The notes: generated by a model not told the origin, from the letters alone. Shown: positions 11,982-25,687, counted from the first letter of the whole stretch. The stretch is 64,000 bases of DNA, filler included, from Sphacelaria rigidula (GCA_964200075.2; 5 parts of 5 records of this genome joined end to end with filler, not necessarily neighbours in it), one strand, 5' to 3'. Made by a program: numbers and translations.

Positions 11982-12140
11982 GTGAGTTTTTGCGCGTACA
12001 CATACCATGTAGGTGGTGACAGAGTGTAACACCCAGCTTGGTGATGGTGTCGCCGACGTCGATTTTCCTCAGGAACAAGACCAGTATATGGAATTCCCTG
12101 TGTCAGATGCATTTAGTCCAGACGTGATTCCAGTGTTGCA

Positions 12141-12297
12141 GCCGTGCCCCGGTGGTCTGAATTAAAAACGGTCAAACTGAAACCAGTGGGTGCGGAAAGA
12201 TCGAGGATTCGAGTCCCGGGAGATGCATGTGGTGTGTGTGTGTTTTCTTTGTCTGACTGAGAAGTATCTGATCTCTGCCCTTGGAAACGTGAGGACG
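12141..12297 (+). mobile_element. tRNA-derived SINE (family B)
   Basis: gccccggtggtctgaa (A-box-like) and ggattcgagtccc (B-box-like). Body and ccttggaaacgt end resemble the copy at 16544. Confidence 0.65.
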
Positions 12298-12726
12298 TGA
12301 GTGGCGAAGATTTTTTTCTTTCTTGAGAGCCGACGCGATACGGAAGTGCTGGTCATGATCCGATCCGCGATGCCCGAATATATGTAAGGCGTGTACCCCG
12401 CAGGGAAGAGATGTCTCGACCGACCCCATGAGCCTACGGACCCGTCCTGAGAAAATGGACTTGCCTTTTTTTTTAAGAAAGTTGAACGCAAACGTGCAGT
12501 TCGATCCCTTGGATCCAACCAGTCACTTTTTAACTGCCACGGTACTCTGCTCATCGCGGCTGGCAGAGCGGCGTACCTCGCCCCTCTTGCCAGCGGAGGT
12601 AGAACAGACCCATTGCTGCTCAAGGGATTCAGACTTTGCCTCCGCAGGGATGAGTGCTGGGGCAAGACACAGAGTCGGGTCGGGTGAGTCGGTGAGAAGA
12701 TCCGAGTAATGCCGTGATAGCCCCCC

Positions 12727-12826
12727 NNNNNNNNNNNNNNNNNNNNNNNNNNNNNNNNNNNNNNNNNNNNTTAATTAATTAANNNNNNNNNNNNNNNNNN
12801 NNNNNNNNNNNNNNNNNNNNNNNNNN
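12727..12826. other. Artificial scaffold spacer
   Basis: 44 N, TTAATTAATTAA (stops in all six frames), 44 N. Confidence 0.98.
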
Positions 12827-12870
12827 CTAAATCCTGCTTGTGCCTCGCTGATTTTGTCTTCTTTTCTAGC
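12827..12870 (-). mobile_element. Fragment of the family A LINE RT region at a scaffold edge
   Basis: Reverse complement gctagaaaagaagacaaaatcagcgaggcacaagcaggatttag matches 4800-4842 and 4971-5014. Confidence 0.85.
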
Positions 12871-13719
12871 ATCCTAGCAGGGGGAAGGGGGACACCGAAG
12901 TAGCAACAAACCCCGTCCTCCGTCGTCCCACTTTGCCTGATTCTTCTCCCCCAAAAAAACGATTATGCTTTTTACTCCACCGATGCAATACATTGAGATC
13001 GCTCTCACGATCGGTTGTGCCAGCTGAGTCCTGTAGTTTGACCTGACGAAATTAAGGTCAAGTGTACCGCGTGCAGTCTTCAAACCAGCGATAGTTGTCA
13101 TTATCTAGCAAATTAAGGAGGCGTTTAATCGAAAAAATATCAAGAGAAAGACGTGGCCGCAGCAACAGTGTGCGCCCTCGAGCGGTTCTAACTCTACAAG
13201 TAGAGAAGGAATAATGTCTGGGCCGATACGAGAGCTGAACCGCTTTTTCTACCAAGATTTGGTTCGGATTTTCGCCAAAACCACAAATACCCCAAGAGCG
13301 TTATGTTTTCTTGCTCCCAATCTTATGTCCCGATCCTCCTGTTTTACAGATGACTCTGATCCGGGGTCGAAACTGCAATGAAGATGCATCGATATCCTGA
13401 TATTTCTCATTTGATCCATGATACGCTGTAGCCTCTACTCCATATAGGTAAATGCATCTGAACCGTCTGAATACATGGTTTACACTTTCTCGTGGATCAA
13501 GGATTTTTGTCCTCAGCAGGCGCTGTGAGAATTATCCTGTCCTCTACATGCACCTCAGGTGTTGAGTAGGTCAGTAACTACATTTTGGGATATGACCCCG
13601 TACCCACGAAATACGCATCTATTTTTTCGATTGAATTGGAGTGTTTCATAAGTGAGCATACAGTTTTGTTCTATGGGCTCGACGATCCGAGCTTCCGCAT
13701 CTTCGTGCACGTTTGTCAG

Positions 13720-13923
13720 GCGTTTTCGATATCTCCACACGCGGCACCGCTGGCGGGGACAGAAAGTACCTCTCCTCTGCCCAGTAACGCCGCTAAAGAA
13801 GGGGTTGCTGGCAAGACCGGCGCTAAAAAGGGATCGGCGGGGACGGGGTTGGGGGGAGCGGAGAATGGCAATATGCCGTGGAGGATGGTTGTCGAAGCTG
13901 CGTTGGATTCAGACAACATGAAG
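13720..13923 (+). CDS. Probable exon of an unidentified protein
   Basis: tgtcag acceptor and a GC-rich 204-nt open frame AFSISPHAAPL...PWRMVVEAALDSDNMK. The best donor is aag|GCgagt. Confidence 0.5.
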
Positions 13924-16543
13924 GCGAGTCGTGTGGTTCTCTGAAGTTCTGAAAAGTTATGGTCTGAAGGTTTCGGCGTTAAAAAGGCGTAGCTGTTGTC
14001 ATGAACGGATCGTCAGAGGGAAAACATACAGTCCTACCATTTTTTTGTTGCAATCGAGGTTCTGCTTTTGCTTTCTGCTTCCAGCAATATATACATGTAT
14101 GTATAGATATATTCGAGAACGTTGTGTGTGATCACCTTCCGAGCGCGTGCCACTAGCAAATGATCCATACCGTGTATTTCGTTTGTTCAATAACTAGGAC
14201 TTAAAAGATCGATAAGTGCTCTCCTGAATGTATTGATTGGTTTGGAAGATCAAGAGTGCATAAAACCCTTGGGGATCTGAACCTCAAAATCATTAGAACT
14301 GTTTTGCAATCTGGATGCGTGTTTTATTTTGTTGCATTTTCAACTCGCCACCCTTCCCAGGGGCGAACCTACGATCTCAAAGGGATCAAACCATTCATCC
14401 CCCGGTACGTGCCTTGCACTGCATTATTGAACATTGAACCTCGAACCGGCACACCCGCAGCCCGTCCACTTTCGGCGAATCACTTGAGCCCAATTGTTCA
14501 TACATTCTCGATTTTTGCTTTCCAACTATGTGGGAAGCGCGAATGTTGTCTGGAGGTAGGAGGTTGCTCAGCCCCATACTATCCATCGACCTCCAAACAG
14601 TATTTGGAGCGAGAGTGCGTACTGACATGAGGATGCTAGAAGCGAGGGACACTCATCACTATGATGTTGAAGTTCACATGAGTTGACCTCTACATTTACA
14701 CGTGCTTGCCCGGGTCTGGGTAGCGAGAATATTTTCAAGAGCCTTATTTTTCGGCATTTGAGTGCTTTTCGGTGGTGGTTTATTATGGAATTCACAGTTA
14801 AGCAGTAACGACCAACGTTCGAACAAGCATAAATCATGTGATGCCGATCTAGCTAGATCTTGAGTTAAAACTAAAATCCTTGGGTGCGGAATAGTTGTAT
14901 TACAGTCCATGTATGTCAATACCGGTGTTTGTATCTTGATCTTGAGGCTTGAATCCTCCAACAGTAAAAGATCCCGACTCCTTCGCAGTCACAGGTTTCA
15001 TCTCCAGGGTCAGCAGAATCTACACAAAAGACCCACGCTTGAAGTAGAAATGGGCTCACTGTTAACGTGCTGGGGACGTTAGCACAGTAGCATTTACCAC
15101 TTGGTAGTTACTTGATTTCAGTGTGGACAAGAGTCTAAAAAATCCGGATCTTAATAATCAGGGTGCTGTGCTCCTAGCGTGCGCAGAACGCGTTTTTACT
15201 CAGAAGTTTACTCACCTAGCAGAAGTTGTTGACACATTAATATATCTCGACGACATCGTGTTTTGGTTCATGGAGCACAACGACGAATGTCTCTTCGTTC
15301 CATCAACCACTACTTTCAATATTTATTTCATCATAAGACCACAACGACCGTGTTTCCTCGTCGTCAACAGGTCCCTGATCGCTTCACGTCTCGGCTCCCC
15401 TACTACTACAGACACACGCCGGAGGATTTTCCGCACTTCGTCCCTTCCCCCATGTCATCCGGTTCCGCAGGCTCCACAGGCCAACGATCGTCTCTCCGAC
15501 GAAGGTATGCAAGAGACCACTGCGCATATAGCTCGGCCTCCACTCCGTCCGTGTACTTTATACGCTCATGAATACGCAATTTTATATTGACTTCAGTATA
15601 AGCGCATATTTGTTTCACAAGTACGGTTCTAAGCACATACGGAGCAGCGACTTGCATACAACGCGCCATTCCGGCAAGCCTTCCGGGACCAATATCTGTC
15701 CTCAGGCCGGATGTGAAGCCGACTTATAAAGCAATGGGATCGGGGCAGAGAAAAACAAATAGTTTCCCCACGGGAAATGTCTGCTAAGGATGAGGACACC
15801 GGAGCCTCGTGAAGCACCGCTGCACATACATTCCAAGTTCTCATATCGAAACGGCCCCAATCCTCTGGGCGTGTGCTTATGCATTTACGATCTGTACGTC
15901 TTTTCTTCTTATATTATATGATATTGAACATTAAACGCTGACGACAACGCTGTCAATAGATTGAACGTTCAAGGGAACGCTCCGGGCTGAACGGGCGAAT
16001 GGCGCGTGGACAATGATGTGCGGTACTTGAGAATAGGCTGATGATCACAATCTTCAACTCATGGCAGACCTCATAAAGGTTATCATTCTGCACGTGATAA
16101 AACGGAAATACTGGGTGTGTGATTTTTGAAGCCCCCGAATGTCCCTCGCAAATAGTGTACGCTATCATCTGACATTTTACACAGAGGCTATCGTAAATCT
16201 GCACTCTAATAGTCAGCCGCACACAACTTGTCTGCGCTTTTTGCTGGGGACATATAGTGATGTATTACACGTTTTATTCGGATCGTACTCTAGTGCGCTA
16301 TACTTAGAACGTATCATATGAAGTACCATGCTGAAATGTACCTGATACCAGACCATGATTTTATACAGTTATGATGCACTATACTTAAACTGTTCTTGTC
16401 TCGAATGACCTCGGCGGTATCTTTCAATTCAAAACGTTGGAAACCACCGTCAACACCCGTCCGAACTAATCGACGAGATCTTCGGACGAGTTGAACACGC
16501 ACCACACACTATGCTATAATTTAAGAACGAAAATGCTCAGCCA

Positions 16544-16701
16544 CCGCGCCCCGGTGGTTCAAGTCAAAATGATCCAACTGACACATTTAGGGTAGACAGA
16601 ACGCGGGTTCGGTTGCCTCCATGTGCGTTTCTTTTTTTCTCCAAAGTACAGTGTCTGATTTCCGTCCGCCCTTGAAAGCGTAGGGCCGTTGTTGTTGTTA
16701 C

Positions 16702-16735
<34 letters not shown>

Positions 16736-16736
16736 G
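16544..16736 (+). mobile_element. tRNA-derived SINE (family B) with a (GTT)n tail
   Basis: ccgcgccccggtggttcaag head, gggttcggttgcc B-box-like motif, ccttgaaagcgtagggcc, then (gtt)n. Confidence 0.7.
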
Positions 16737-16920
16737 CCGTTCCGATATCTGCGGAGTACTCCGTACTGGGCATCTGATGCGAACGCCTTCCGTGAACACG
16801 GGCTAGGTACCCAATATAAGGCTTAGGAAAATGAAAGAAGAAAAAAACAGGACCCAGAGAAATTCGCACGCAGACGTGACCAGCAAAAACAGTCTGTTCG
16901 GCTGAGTTTGTTCGACGAAG

Positions 16921-17040
16921 GTTGGCGCGGTGCACGAGTGTGGATCCAATTCGCGACACCGAAATGTAAGGCGCATACCGGGGAAGAGCTGTATCTGATA
17001 CCTAGAGAGCACGGGTTCGTCTCGAGGAAAGGGAAGGGTT
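16921..17040 (-). repeat. Interspersed repeat of about 120 bp
   Basis: Reverse complement (ccgtgctctc...catttcggtgtcgcgaattggatccacactcgtgcaccgcg) matches 23781-23890 and 40750-40862. Confidence 0.75.
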
Positions 17041-17857
17041 GAAAATGTGATGAAAAACAAACAAAATTGGTACTGTATTGCAATGTATGTAGAGATCGCA
17101 TAGCATGCATGTTTTGTATACTGCTGTACCTGATTGCAGTAGGGCATACTATCGACGGAATTTATAGCAATAAAACGATAGTGTGCTCGCCAACACTACT
17201 GTACGCGAGACATGAATACGCCACCGACAGAATGGTACTCGGAAGTCGACTTGCAGTGATGCACGACGGGGTGTTATTTTTTTGCGGCACATGACGTTTT
17301 GGGATAAACATGTATATATATATATATACATATATGTACATATGTGTGTGTTCAATGTACCATGCAAGCAGTACATTCATCTATACTGGACGAAACACTC
17401 CGATCGTCGACGGCACACCGAAGCCCAGCATGTGTCGACCCATGGCTGAATATTTGTATCCTCTCGCACGTGTACTTAATTTTTTCTGCCTATTTCTGTA
17501 CGAATTGGATATCAAATGCGGTGATGATTGTCGTATGCTTTGGCTCATGGGAAAAGGCAGTACTACGCCTTCATTAACTAGCTATGGACTTCAAAGCGCG
17601 TGCTCCGCGTGCAGCGTTTTGGGTATTGAAATACGGCACGATCATGGAATTTATGGCGAGGAAAAAAGAAGGACGTTCCATTGTTTGTTTTTTACGTCCA
17701 CAAGTTTTCTTTTTTTCTTCATGTCCCTTGGCAGAACTGTTGTTTCTTCGAGTTCTTCCCCTTGAGGATTCGCAATCTGTAGTTGTGGACGTGCACGTGT
17801 TCAAAGGTCGAAAAACTCTTGATCGATTGCTTCGAATCGACTGCTGTACATTAACTG

Positions 17858-17858
<1 letters not shown>

Positions 17859-17899
<41 letters not shown>

Positions 17900-18286
17900 G
17901 TGTGTTTGCGTGTGTTTGCGTGTGTATGTTGTCATCCCATCTATTCTGGGCGTCATTCTACACCCTTCGGTATATGTGGACGCACCAACCGGGGTCACAC
18001 AGGAGGAAGATCAGCACAGGATTCTTTTTCATTTTGTATTTGTTTCAGTTCTCCATCTTCCTTCTGCGATGCTAGCCTTATTTTTTCATCGAGAGAGGGG
18101 TTCAGCACTCCCTTTCCGTCGTCGACCGTGAAGTCGAATGCTGTGTACCCACGACATAGTCTCTCTCCACTGTTGGGCATGGTGTGAGAAACAATCCCAA
18201 ATCGTGTAACTGCACCGAGATTCGAACCCACGACCCAACCGTCAGAAGGTGTCGAGGTTACCAACTGAGCCACCGGGGCGACCGGT
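17859..18286 (-). mobile_element. tRNA-derived SINE (family A) with a (CA)n tail
   Basis: Head ccggtcgccccggtggctcagttggt...cttctgacgg...gggttcgaatctcgg. The body of about 350 bp is shared with the 43257 and 55297 copies. (TG)n at 17859-17925. Confidence 0.92.
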
Positions 18287-18302
18287 CACCCTACAAACCA
18301 AT

Positions 18303-18568
18303 CACACGTCGGACAGATCATGATCCGTCTGAAATGACCAATCTAATAGAAAAGTAAGACTCTTGGACCCGTTGGTCGAAACACACTAAATATGTGACCG
18401 CGGAGTCAGAAAAAGTCGAAGCGCAACCTTTGCGCTACTCGGCGTGCTTGGCGTCCGGCGCTCTGTGGAGAAAGCATGGGAAAGGGGGGCCAAATGACCC
18501 AGATTATGATCCGGATCAGTACACTGAGAGGAAAGAATTTTCAGATAGATCATGATCTGTGGGGTGTG
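18303..18568. mobile_element. About 266-bp MITE with CACAC termini
   Basis: cacacgtcggacagatcatgatccgtctgaaa versus tttcagatagatcatgatctgtggggtgtg, an imperfect TIR of about 31 bp. Confidence 0.7.
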
Positions 18569-20011
18569 TTGAATCAATCCAGCGGTGATCGCGAGAGACG
18601 TATGTTCAAAGTGAATACGCACACTCGCTGAAGGAAGCTCGAGGAACAGGAAATAACAAAGGAAGCAAACTGATGTACTGATGTAGACGCCGAGATATAA
18701 ACGGAATAACGACCCCGAGAAAATCCTCGATAGATACCTGCCAGCGCTTCAGGTAGGAGGCACCACAAGAACCGAGGAACTTGCTCCGACTCCATCAACC
18801 CGACGGAAGGCGTGTTGTGCTCTTTTGCAAACTCGCAGCGACAGGAAAAGGCAAAAGGCTGCAGTGCAGTTGCATTCTTTTCGTCGTGCACATAAGCATA
18901 TGTCCCGTGCCTGTGCAACGCACAAGATTATTCGAAAGTATCCCGCGAAATTCTCTGCAGAGCACACGAAGAATAACCCCAAATATCCGTGTCGTCCATT
19001 CATGAGAGCACCTTCGTGATTGGACGTTTTCGTATTCTTGCGTTATGCGCAGTCATAGGTAAAGTTCATGCGCGTAATCGTATATGTGTATATTAGACAT
19101 GTGTTCTGGTACTGCGTTGCGTGCTAACCACCAAGAATTTTATGGGCTGTATCCATCAGCCTATGCGTACGTGTGCAACGTACAGCGCATGGCGACATAT
19201 TGTGCCACCCACGTGACGCTCCACAGGCCATTACCGTGAGCTTGTGTGCGTATGCAACCTAGATCGTTTTATTACGTTGTGTGCTGCAAACGAAGCGTTT
19301 CGCGCGCGTGCTTTTCGATTACCGTTACGGGCGAATGGAACTTGTATACCAAAAATTTGGTGTAAGTTGTATGCTACAAAATCATGACTATTGCATAATG
19401 CGTTACATCCGGCGTACTAAGCCGTCCTCCCCTCCCCCCCCTCCCTCTCCCGTCCCTCCCACCCACATATATTTGCCGGAGTTCGGATCCTCAACCTTCC
19501 GCCCAGACTTGTTTAAGTCGTACCGTTTAGACCGTCGGGGCGGGGTATTACGGCATGAATAAGGGGAACGGTATGTCTACGAGAGTAGGGGACAAACAGG
19601 GTACGACTCACCTCCCTGCAGGAATGGAAGTTGATGACATCACAGCGGCACGGCTTGTACGAAGAGGTCATGGTCCATACACATACTTTTCGACATGTTG
19701 ACTGTTCGATGCCCCATTCCAGTAGATCGTGCCACCACCAGTCACTATCCAGACGGGGGAGGGAGGGTAGAATTCGACCTCCGAGCATACCGCAAAATTT
19801 ACTCAAAACGCTGTTCAAACTTGTATATTTGGGCTACTTGCCTTTGCACAACCATCACTCATTATATCGACTAACTGAATCAAAATGGGTGATGTCGCTC
19901 CTGCCGCCACCCGCCCCCAATCGTTTTTCGCGCAAGCGCCGTGGCCGATCTTCCCGCACCCCCCGTGTTTTTGAATACTCTTCCTCATGATGCAGCAGCG
20001 GCTACTTGCAG

Positions 20012-20215
20012 GATGTCGAGAGAGGCGACACAAACGCAGGGGATTCGGTTGTCGAGAGCGTGGGAAGGTTCACGGTAATTCCTGCGTCCGGTGATTCGAA
20101 CGGGCAGCATGTTGAGGGCCGAGAACACGGGGATCGTGAGGAGAGCGAGGGGGGGCAAGGCAGGGGGGAGATGGAGAGCCTCCGCTGGTGGTTCGAGATT
20201 GTCGGAGCTGCCGAG
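20012..20215 (+). CDS. Probable exon of an unidentified protein (possibly the same gene as 13720-13923)
   Basis: ttgcag|...gag|gtgtgt boundaries and a 204-nt open frame DVERGD...ESLRWWFEIVGAAE. Confidence 0.55.
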
Positions 20216-20322
20216 GTGTGTTTGCCGTGGCGATCATCGTAGATGGTCATGTAGCCGATGCACTGGACCAACTGTTTGAGTTTGAAGGGAGACATTACAC
20301 TTTTTTGCCGTGTACGCGCATA

Positions 20323-20326
<4 letters not shown>

Positions 20327-20376
<50 letters not shown>
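20327..20376. repeat. (CT)n microsatellite
   Basis: Direct reading. Confidence 0.95.
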
Positions 20377-20380
<4 letters not shown>

Positions 20381-21639
20381 CCTCTGTCTTTCTCTCTGTG
20401 GATTAATCCAAACAACAAAAAACTTACCGCAAGAATGAACGCAGGGCTCATGTAGTGTTGCAAACGTAGCTGCTAGTATAAGTATGCGCGTATGTTTCGC
20501 TATACAATATCAAGTATTGAGTGTGGTGTAAGTACCAGAGTATATGCGTGCCCAAACACACCCACAGACATGTGCGTCGGGACATTGTGCCCCCCACATA
20601 GGTCCAGGAATGTTTCTCTGAAATGAATGTTTCGTTACGTCGGGTTTTCGTCCGCTCGGTCACCGGAGTATCGTCATGCTCCAAGGAAGGGGGTAGCGCA
20701 CCAAATCTGCATTATCTTCCTTCTCACCGGTATTCACTGCAAGCGCCACACACAAGTACATGCAGTCACGTCGTCGTACCACACATATATGACCCATTAG
20801 GCTACTGCTTCCCATTCCTGTGAGTGGGTAGGTTCATTAGGTTCTGCATGGTTTGTCACGATATGGGTGTATGAAGTTAAGTTTGAGAACTGCCCAAGTC
20901 CAGCGTTGACTTCTTGCAATATATTTTGGTGCTATTAATATCAATAATATCAATCATATCAATCATATCAAGCATATCAATAATATACAGTTCATATAAT
21001 ATATTAACACTATTCAAATCACAAACAGCATTAATATTATGAATATTATGAATGTTGTATTAATAATTATTTTTGTTATCATTATTACTGCTAGTATTGC
21101 CATTGCAATTATCATTGTTATTGTTACAATTACCATTACTATCATGACTATTATGGTCATCTTTATTATGTTGTATTTTATGAAGATCGCCAGAACCCCG
21201 CTTACGCGGTGATTTCACCCCACAACTCAGCACATGTTTCGCCAGTGCACCTGTCCATCGACTGGGCCCAGCGTAGCTAACCATCGAGTAGGTGTGGTGC
21301 TTCCACGCTTTGAGCTCGTTGCGGAAACTTTAGTTCGGTGGCCTGAATGAACTTCCCATTTTTTCAGTCCTTGTGGCGTTTCCAACACATTCAGGTACTT
21401 TTACGCGAACCGATCGAGAATTTCCGTGATTGGTTCTTCTACCTCTTCTTCTCATTATCATTACCACTACTTTTATTGTCATCATGATTGTTATTATTAC
21501 TATCATTGCCATTGTCATTGTCACCATCATCATTATTATTTTTTGTTTACTGCTGCCAATATCACTATTATCATCATCATCATCACTAGTACACACCCTG
21601 GACAATACAATATGTTTTCAATATATATCAGTCGATCAT

Positions 21640-21950
21640 ATTGGAAATTTGCGATATATTGGCGGCGTCGTATATGTCGGTACCCTTGGACTGCACACGT
21701 ATTGCGCGCCTAGTATATGTTGATGTCGTAGGGCTGCATACATATTGCCCGCGCAACATGTATTGGTACCGTGGGGTTGAACGCATATTGTCCCATCAAT
21801 ATATACATTGGGGCAGTGTGGGCGACGGCATATTGCACGACCAATATATATTAGGGTCGCATCGGTGACAACATATTGACCGGTCAATATATATCGGGTC
21901 TGCGTCGGTGCCAATGTATTGGCCGGTCAGTATATATCGGACGATATAAG
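21640..21950. repeat. Degenerate minisatellite of about 40 bp
   Basis: Recurrent (c)atattg...caatatata...gggtc units, adjacent to the ATC/ATT low-complexity tract at 21450-21585. Confidence 0.65.
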
Positions 21951-21996
21951 TATGGTGTACACTTTGAGAAAGATCCACACGGGGTGGATGCCGGAG

Positions 21997-23780
21997 CCGT
22001 AGGGAAAACATTTTGTAACATTCTGAACGATAGCGTTGCACCGGTGCTAGGAAACAAAACAAAACAGCGAGGGGCAAGCGGGCGTAGACCAAACCGTAGT
22101 TTCGTATACCCTGTGTACACACTAGGTAAGAGTATTCAAGGTAGGAAAGACGCCGGGTTGACAACGTACTATTTCTTTCTGGGTGTACGAAATGCCTATG
22201 GCACAGTGTGGAGGAATGGGCTGTGGAAAAGGTTGTGGGAACCTGGAATCAAAGGGAATATATGGAGAATGGTGAAGAAGATGACAAAATGTGCCAAAAG
22301 TGATACTTTGAAATTTTACAAGGAATTACATAAAAATGCACGCTATCAGCCACTCTATTCAAGCTATTTATTAATGACCTGATATGAGAAATAGAAGCAA
22401 CAAAGCAAGGAGTCAAGGTGGGTAAAAATATGGTATCAGGACTGATGTTCGCGGATGATTTTGTGTAGATATCAGAGACATGAGAAGGATTGCAGACATA
22501 GAGAAGGCGCTAGAATACACCAGGAAATGGAAAGTGACAGCGAACGTTAACAAATGCGCAGTACTCGTGTGTAGCGAAGATAAGAAAAATCCGGTAGAGT
22601 TCAAGTGGAAGTGGCGCGAAGAGGAACTGCCGATCGTAGACCAGTATTCATACCTCGGCGTAGAGACATAAAAAACTGTTCTTGGGATGCACACATGAAA
22701 AAAGTGATGAAAAAGGATAAGGTACAGATAGGCAGGATGGACGTGATCCTCAGAGACTTGCACCTGGATACTAGGATGAAGATATGTATCCTGTTGAACG
22801 TGATTGTACCAGAGCTGGAATATGAAGGAGGATATGGAAGGGGAATGTGAAGATATTGGAAAGAGTACAGATGGCAGCAGCTAAGAAGATACTTGGATGC
22901 TCGAAAACGATGAGTAATACAGCTTTGAGAGTAGAGATGGAAATGTACCCACTGAAAACAGAGACATGAGAAAATTGAGATGACAATATAGCGTAAAGAA
23001 CATGCAGAGTAAGAGATTGCCAGCCATAGTTGATAGGGCTGTACGGAAGAAAGGTACGAAAGAGCAGGCTGGAATACGGTGGGATGGAGAAGTCGAGACA
23101 GTATGGAAGGAGATAGAAGGAAACCAAGACGAAATACTGTCCATAGGTGAAGACGCGGGGTACAAGATATAGCAAGAGACATGAAAATAAGGAGGGAAAA
23201 AGAAATGCTCAGATACAACGCAGACGAGGAAGAACACCTGAAGATATACGGCGGGTTGAGAGGGGGGATAGGGATGATCGGATATTTGCATGGCTCAATG
23301 GACACGCCGAACAAATTGAAACTGCGATTTCGGGTGGGGGACCTGGACCTGCCAGAAAGGAGAAAGAGATCTACCAGTGGTCGAGAGGAGGAGGCAGTAG
23401 ATGCACAGAATTGCCCCTAAGGCATGCCATTAGAGAGCAGAAGTCATATAGTGGCAGAATGTGAACTATACAAGGAGGAACGGGACGAGCTAGAGGAGGA
23501 AATGCGGGACGTGAACGAAGGTGGCATGCAATCATTTGATGCATTAGATAGTAAGGAGAAGGCGATGGCTATACTGCGCGACAGATGGTGACCACAGACG
23601 GCGAAATAGGACGGGGATAAGTTATGTAAGAGATTTTGTGTAGTGTATGGAAGAAGCGCGATGAGCATCGAAATGTTGGAGGTGACACTAGTAGGAGTAG
23701 GAACGGTGCTCCGTCTCGAAAGGGATGCGTGGTCAACGGTCAAACGACTGAGGCAAGCAACAAATGAGTACGCCCCCCCC
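21997..23780 (+). mobile_element. 5'-truncated degenerate copy of the family A LINE, ending in poly(C)
   Basis: Collinear with 4920-6745 (MFADDFV, ALEYTRKWKVTANVN, LKLRFRVGDLDLPERRKR, ESRSHIVAEC). Ends aaatgagtacg-C8. Confidence 0.95.
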
Positions 23781-24517
23781 TTCCACGGGACGAGTCCGTG
23801 GTCTCAAGCGAGCAACCCATCTCTTCCGCGGTACACGCCCTGCATTTCGGTATCGTGGATTGGATCAACACTCCCGCACCGCGTCAACTGTCGTAAAACA
23901 AAGCTTTTCTGATAATGACATGAGTTCTCCCGTTTTCAACGAAGGGGATCGGATACTTTTCAGAACAAAAACACGCCTTAACCTGCCTGGCTTCAGTTGT
24001 ACCAAAACACCAACAGAGGCGCGCGATCTTCCAATGTTTAAAAAAAAACTACTGTTCAGAAAATTATCTCCATACGACGCTGGAATGACCACGCAGCTAG
24101 CCATGAAAAATGTCCGATATGTAAACGATCTGTCGATTGGATGACGACCAGAAACACACTTGCAATATTGCACGGCCCAGGCGTCATCCATCGTGGTATC
24201 TTTTTGTACCATGTGTGCCTTGCTGCACACTTGTTGGTTCAAAGAAGGATGCGTAGTGCGGTGATAATTGGTAGCATAATTTGCTGCCATGATCGCTGGA
24301 GTGATCCTATCAGGGAGGGGGAAGAGAGGGTGCTCCGAGCGAATCACTTCTTCACTAGCACAATAAGACCCTTTTGAAGCGGTGCTGTACGCACCAAATG
24401 CTATCCGAATGTTCTGGATATCTAGGGAACATACCTGTATACACACCGCTTTCGAGAATACTTTGGCCCATCAAAACAATACTCACCATCGAAATGTGTG
24501 TGGCAGAACCGGTACCA

Positions 24518-24825
24518 AGCAAGGACTTGCGTTTTACGGGGGAGAAGGGGTGTACTCATGATCGTGCATGCCATAGTCATAAGACCATTGACCTCGCACC
24601 CCTACAAAGCCAGGACGAAGCACNNNNNNNNNNATCACCGAGCGCGAAGCGCCGTGATGTGTTCGGCGAGTCGCATGAAGGGTGAGCTGCATCTTGCTAA
24701 GATTGTTCGGCCCGAAGCCTACTGATTATCTTGCATTTAGATTGACAGTCTACAGTGAGCTGCTTCATTTCCTGACATCGCCAATTCCAGAGACAGTCAC
24801 GGCTTACACACTGCTTCATGTGTGT
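24518..24825 (+). repeat. Second copy of the 320-bp interspersed repeat
   Basis: Homologous to 8968-9290. Confidence 0.85.
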
Positions 24826-25387
24826 CTCACCAATATTATTACGGGGGGATGGGGGGGGGCGTCAAACATTTATCCCCTTCCCCGCCTTTTGCTGCAGAGG
24901 AGTCCGCACTGTAGTTGCACAATATGAAACAACCCATGTCTCCCCTGTAGCCTCTTGCCATGCACTTGAGACTGTCTTGCATTGAAATCACCACCCGCGA
25001 AGCCCGTCGGCGTACTTTGTTACCCTGAATCATTTCTGAATCAACCATCTTACCTCGTGCAGCATTTAAACCCACTCAACGCCGTAGCATCACTCGTCAC
25101 CTGCTTCCACTATGCATGTGGGTGTGCACGCGTCCGTGATGTTCTGCATTTCCTTCGTCTCTGGCGGCTATCTTACGCCCGTGAACATCCCCCACGCAGG
25201 TTGAGATGGCCCATGACCCCACTCAAGTTGATCGAGAGAATGCCGAAGTGGAACGGTGAGGACTAGCCCAAACAAACATAAATCCACGCCGCCGGTGCAG
25301 TTCTGTTTCTTGTTCCTTCAACCTTCCCCACCTTCCGCACAACGAGGCTGCAGTCTCAAGATACCAACCCATCTATGATTTCACCGG

Positions 25388-25551
25388 TGACACTTTCTAC
25401 GATAGCCACCCCCAAAAAGTGCATGGTTTTAGGGATGCAAAATGTTGACGTAAATCGAAATGGAAAAAGGCGAGCACAACGAGCAGCTGGGAATTCCCAC
25501 GCTTGGGTTCGTTTTCGCTAGTGTTGCCAATATGAGGCGCTTATGCAGCCT
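25388..25551. mobile_element. Partial MITE homologous to 8255-8507, cut by the scaffold end
   Basis: Shared atagccacccccaaaaagtg...cgagcagctgggaattc...cgcttgggttcgtt...tgaggcgctt. Confidence 0.8.
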
Positions 25552-25651
25552 NNNNNNNNNNNNNNNNNNNNNNNNNNNNNNNNNNNNNNNNNNNNTTAAT
25601 TAATTAANNNNNNNNNNNNNNNNNNNNNNNNNNNNNNNNNNNNNNNNNNNN
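25552..25651. other. Artificial scaffold spacer
   Basis: 44 N, TTAATTAATTAA, 44 N. Confidence 0.98.

Positions 25652-25687
<36 letters not shown>

Noticed and set aside
12771-12782. TTAATTAATTAA recurring every 12.8 kb as a biological signal
   Set aside because: Always centred in 44N+44N, so it is an assembly linker.
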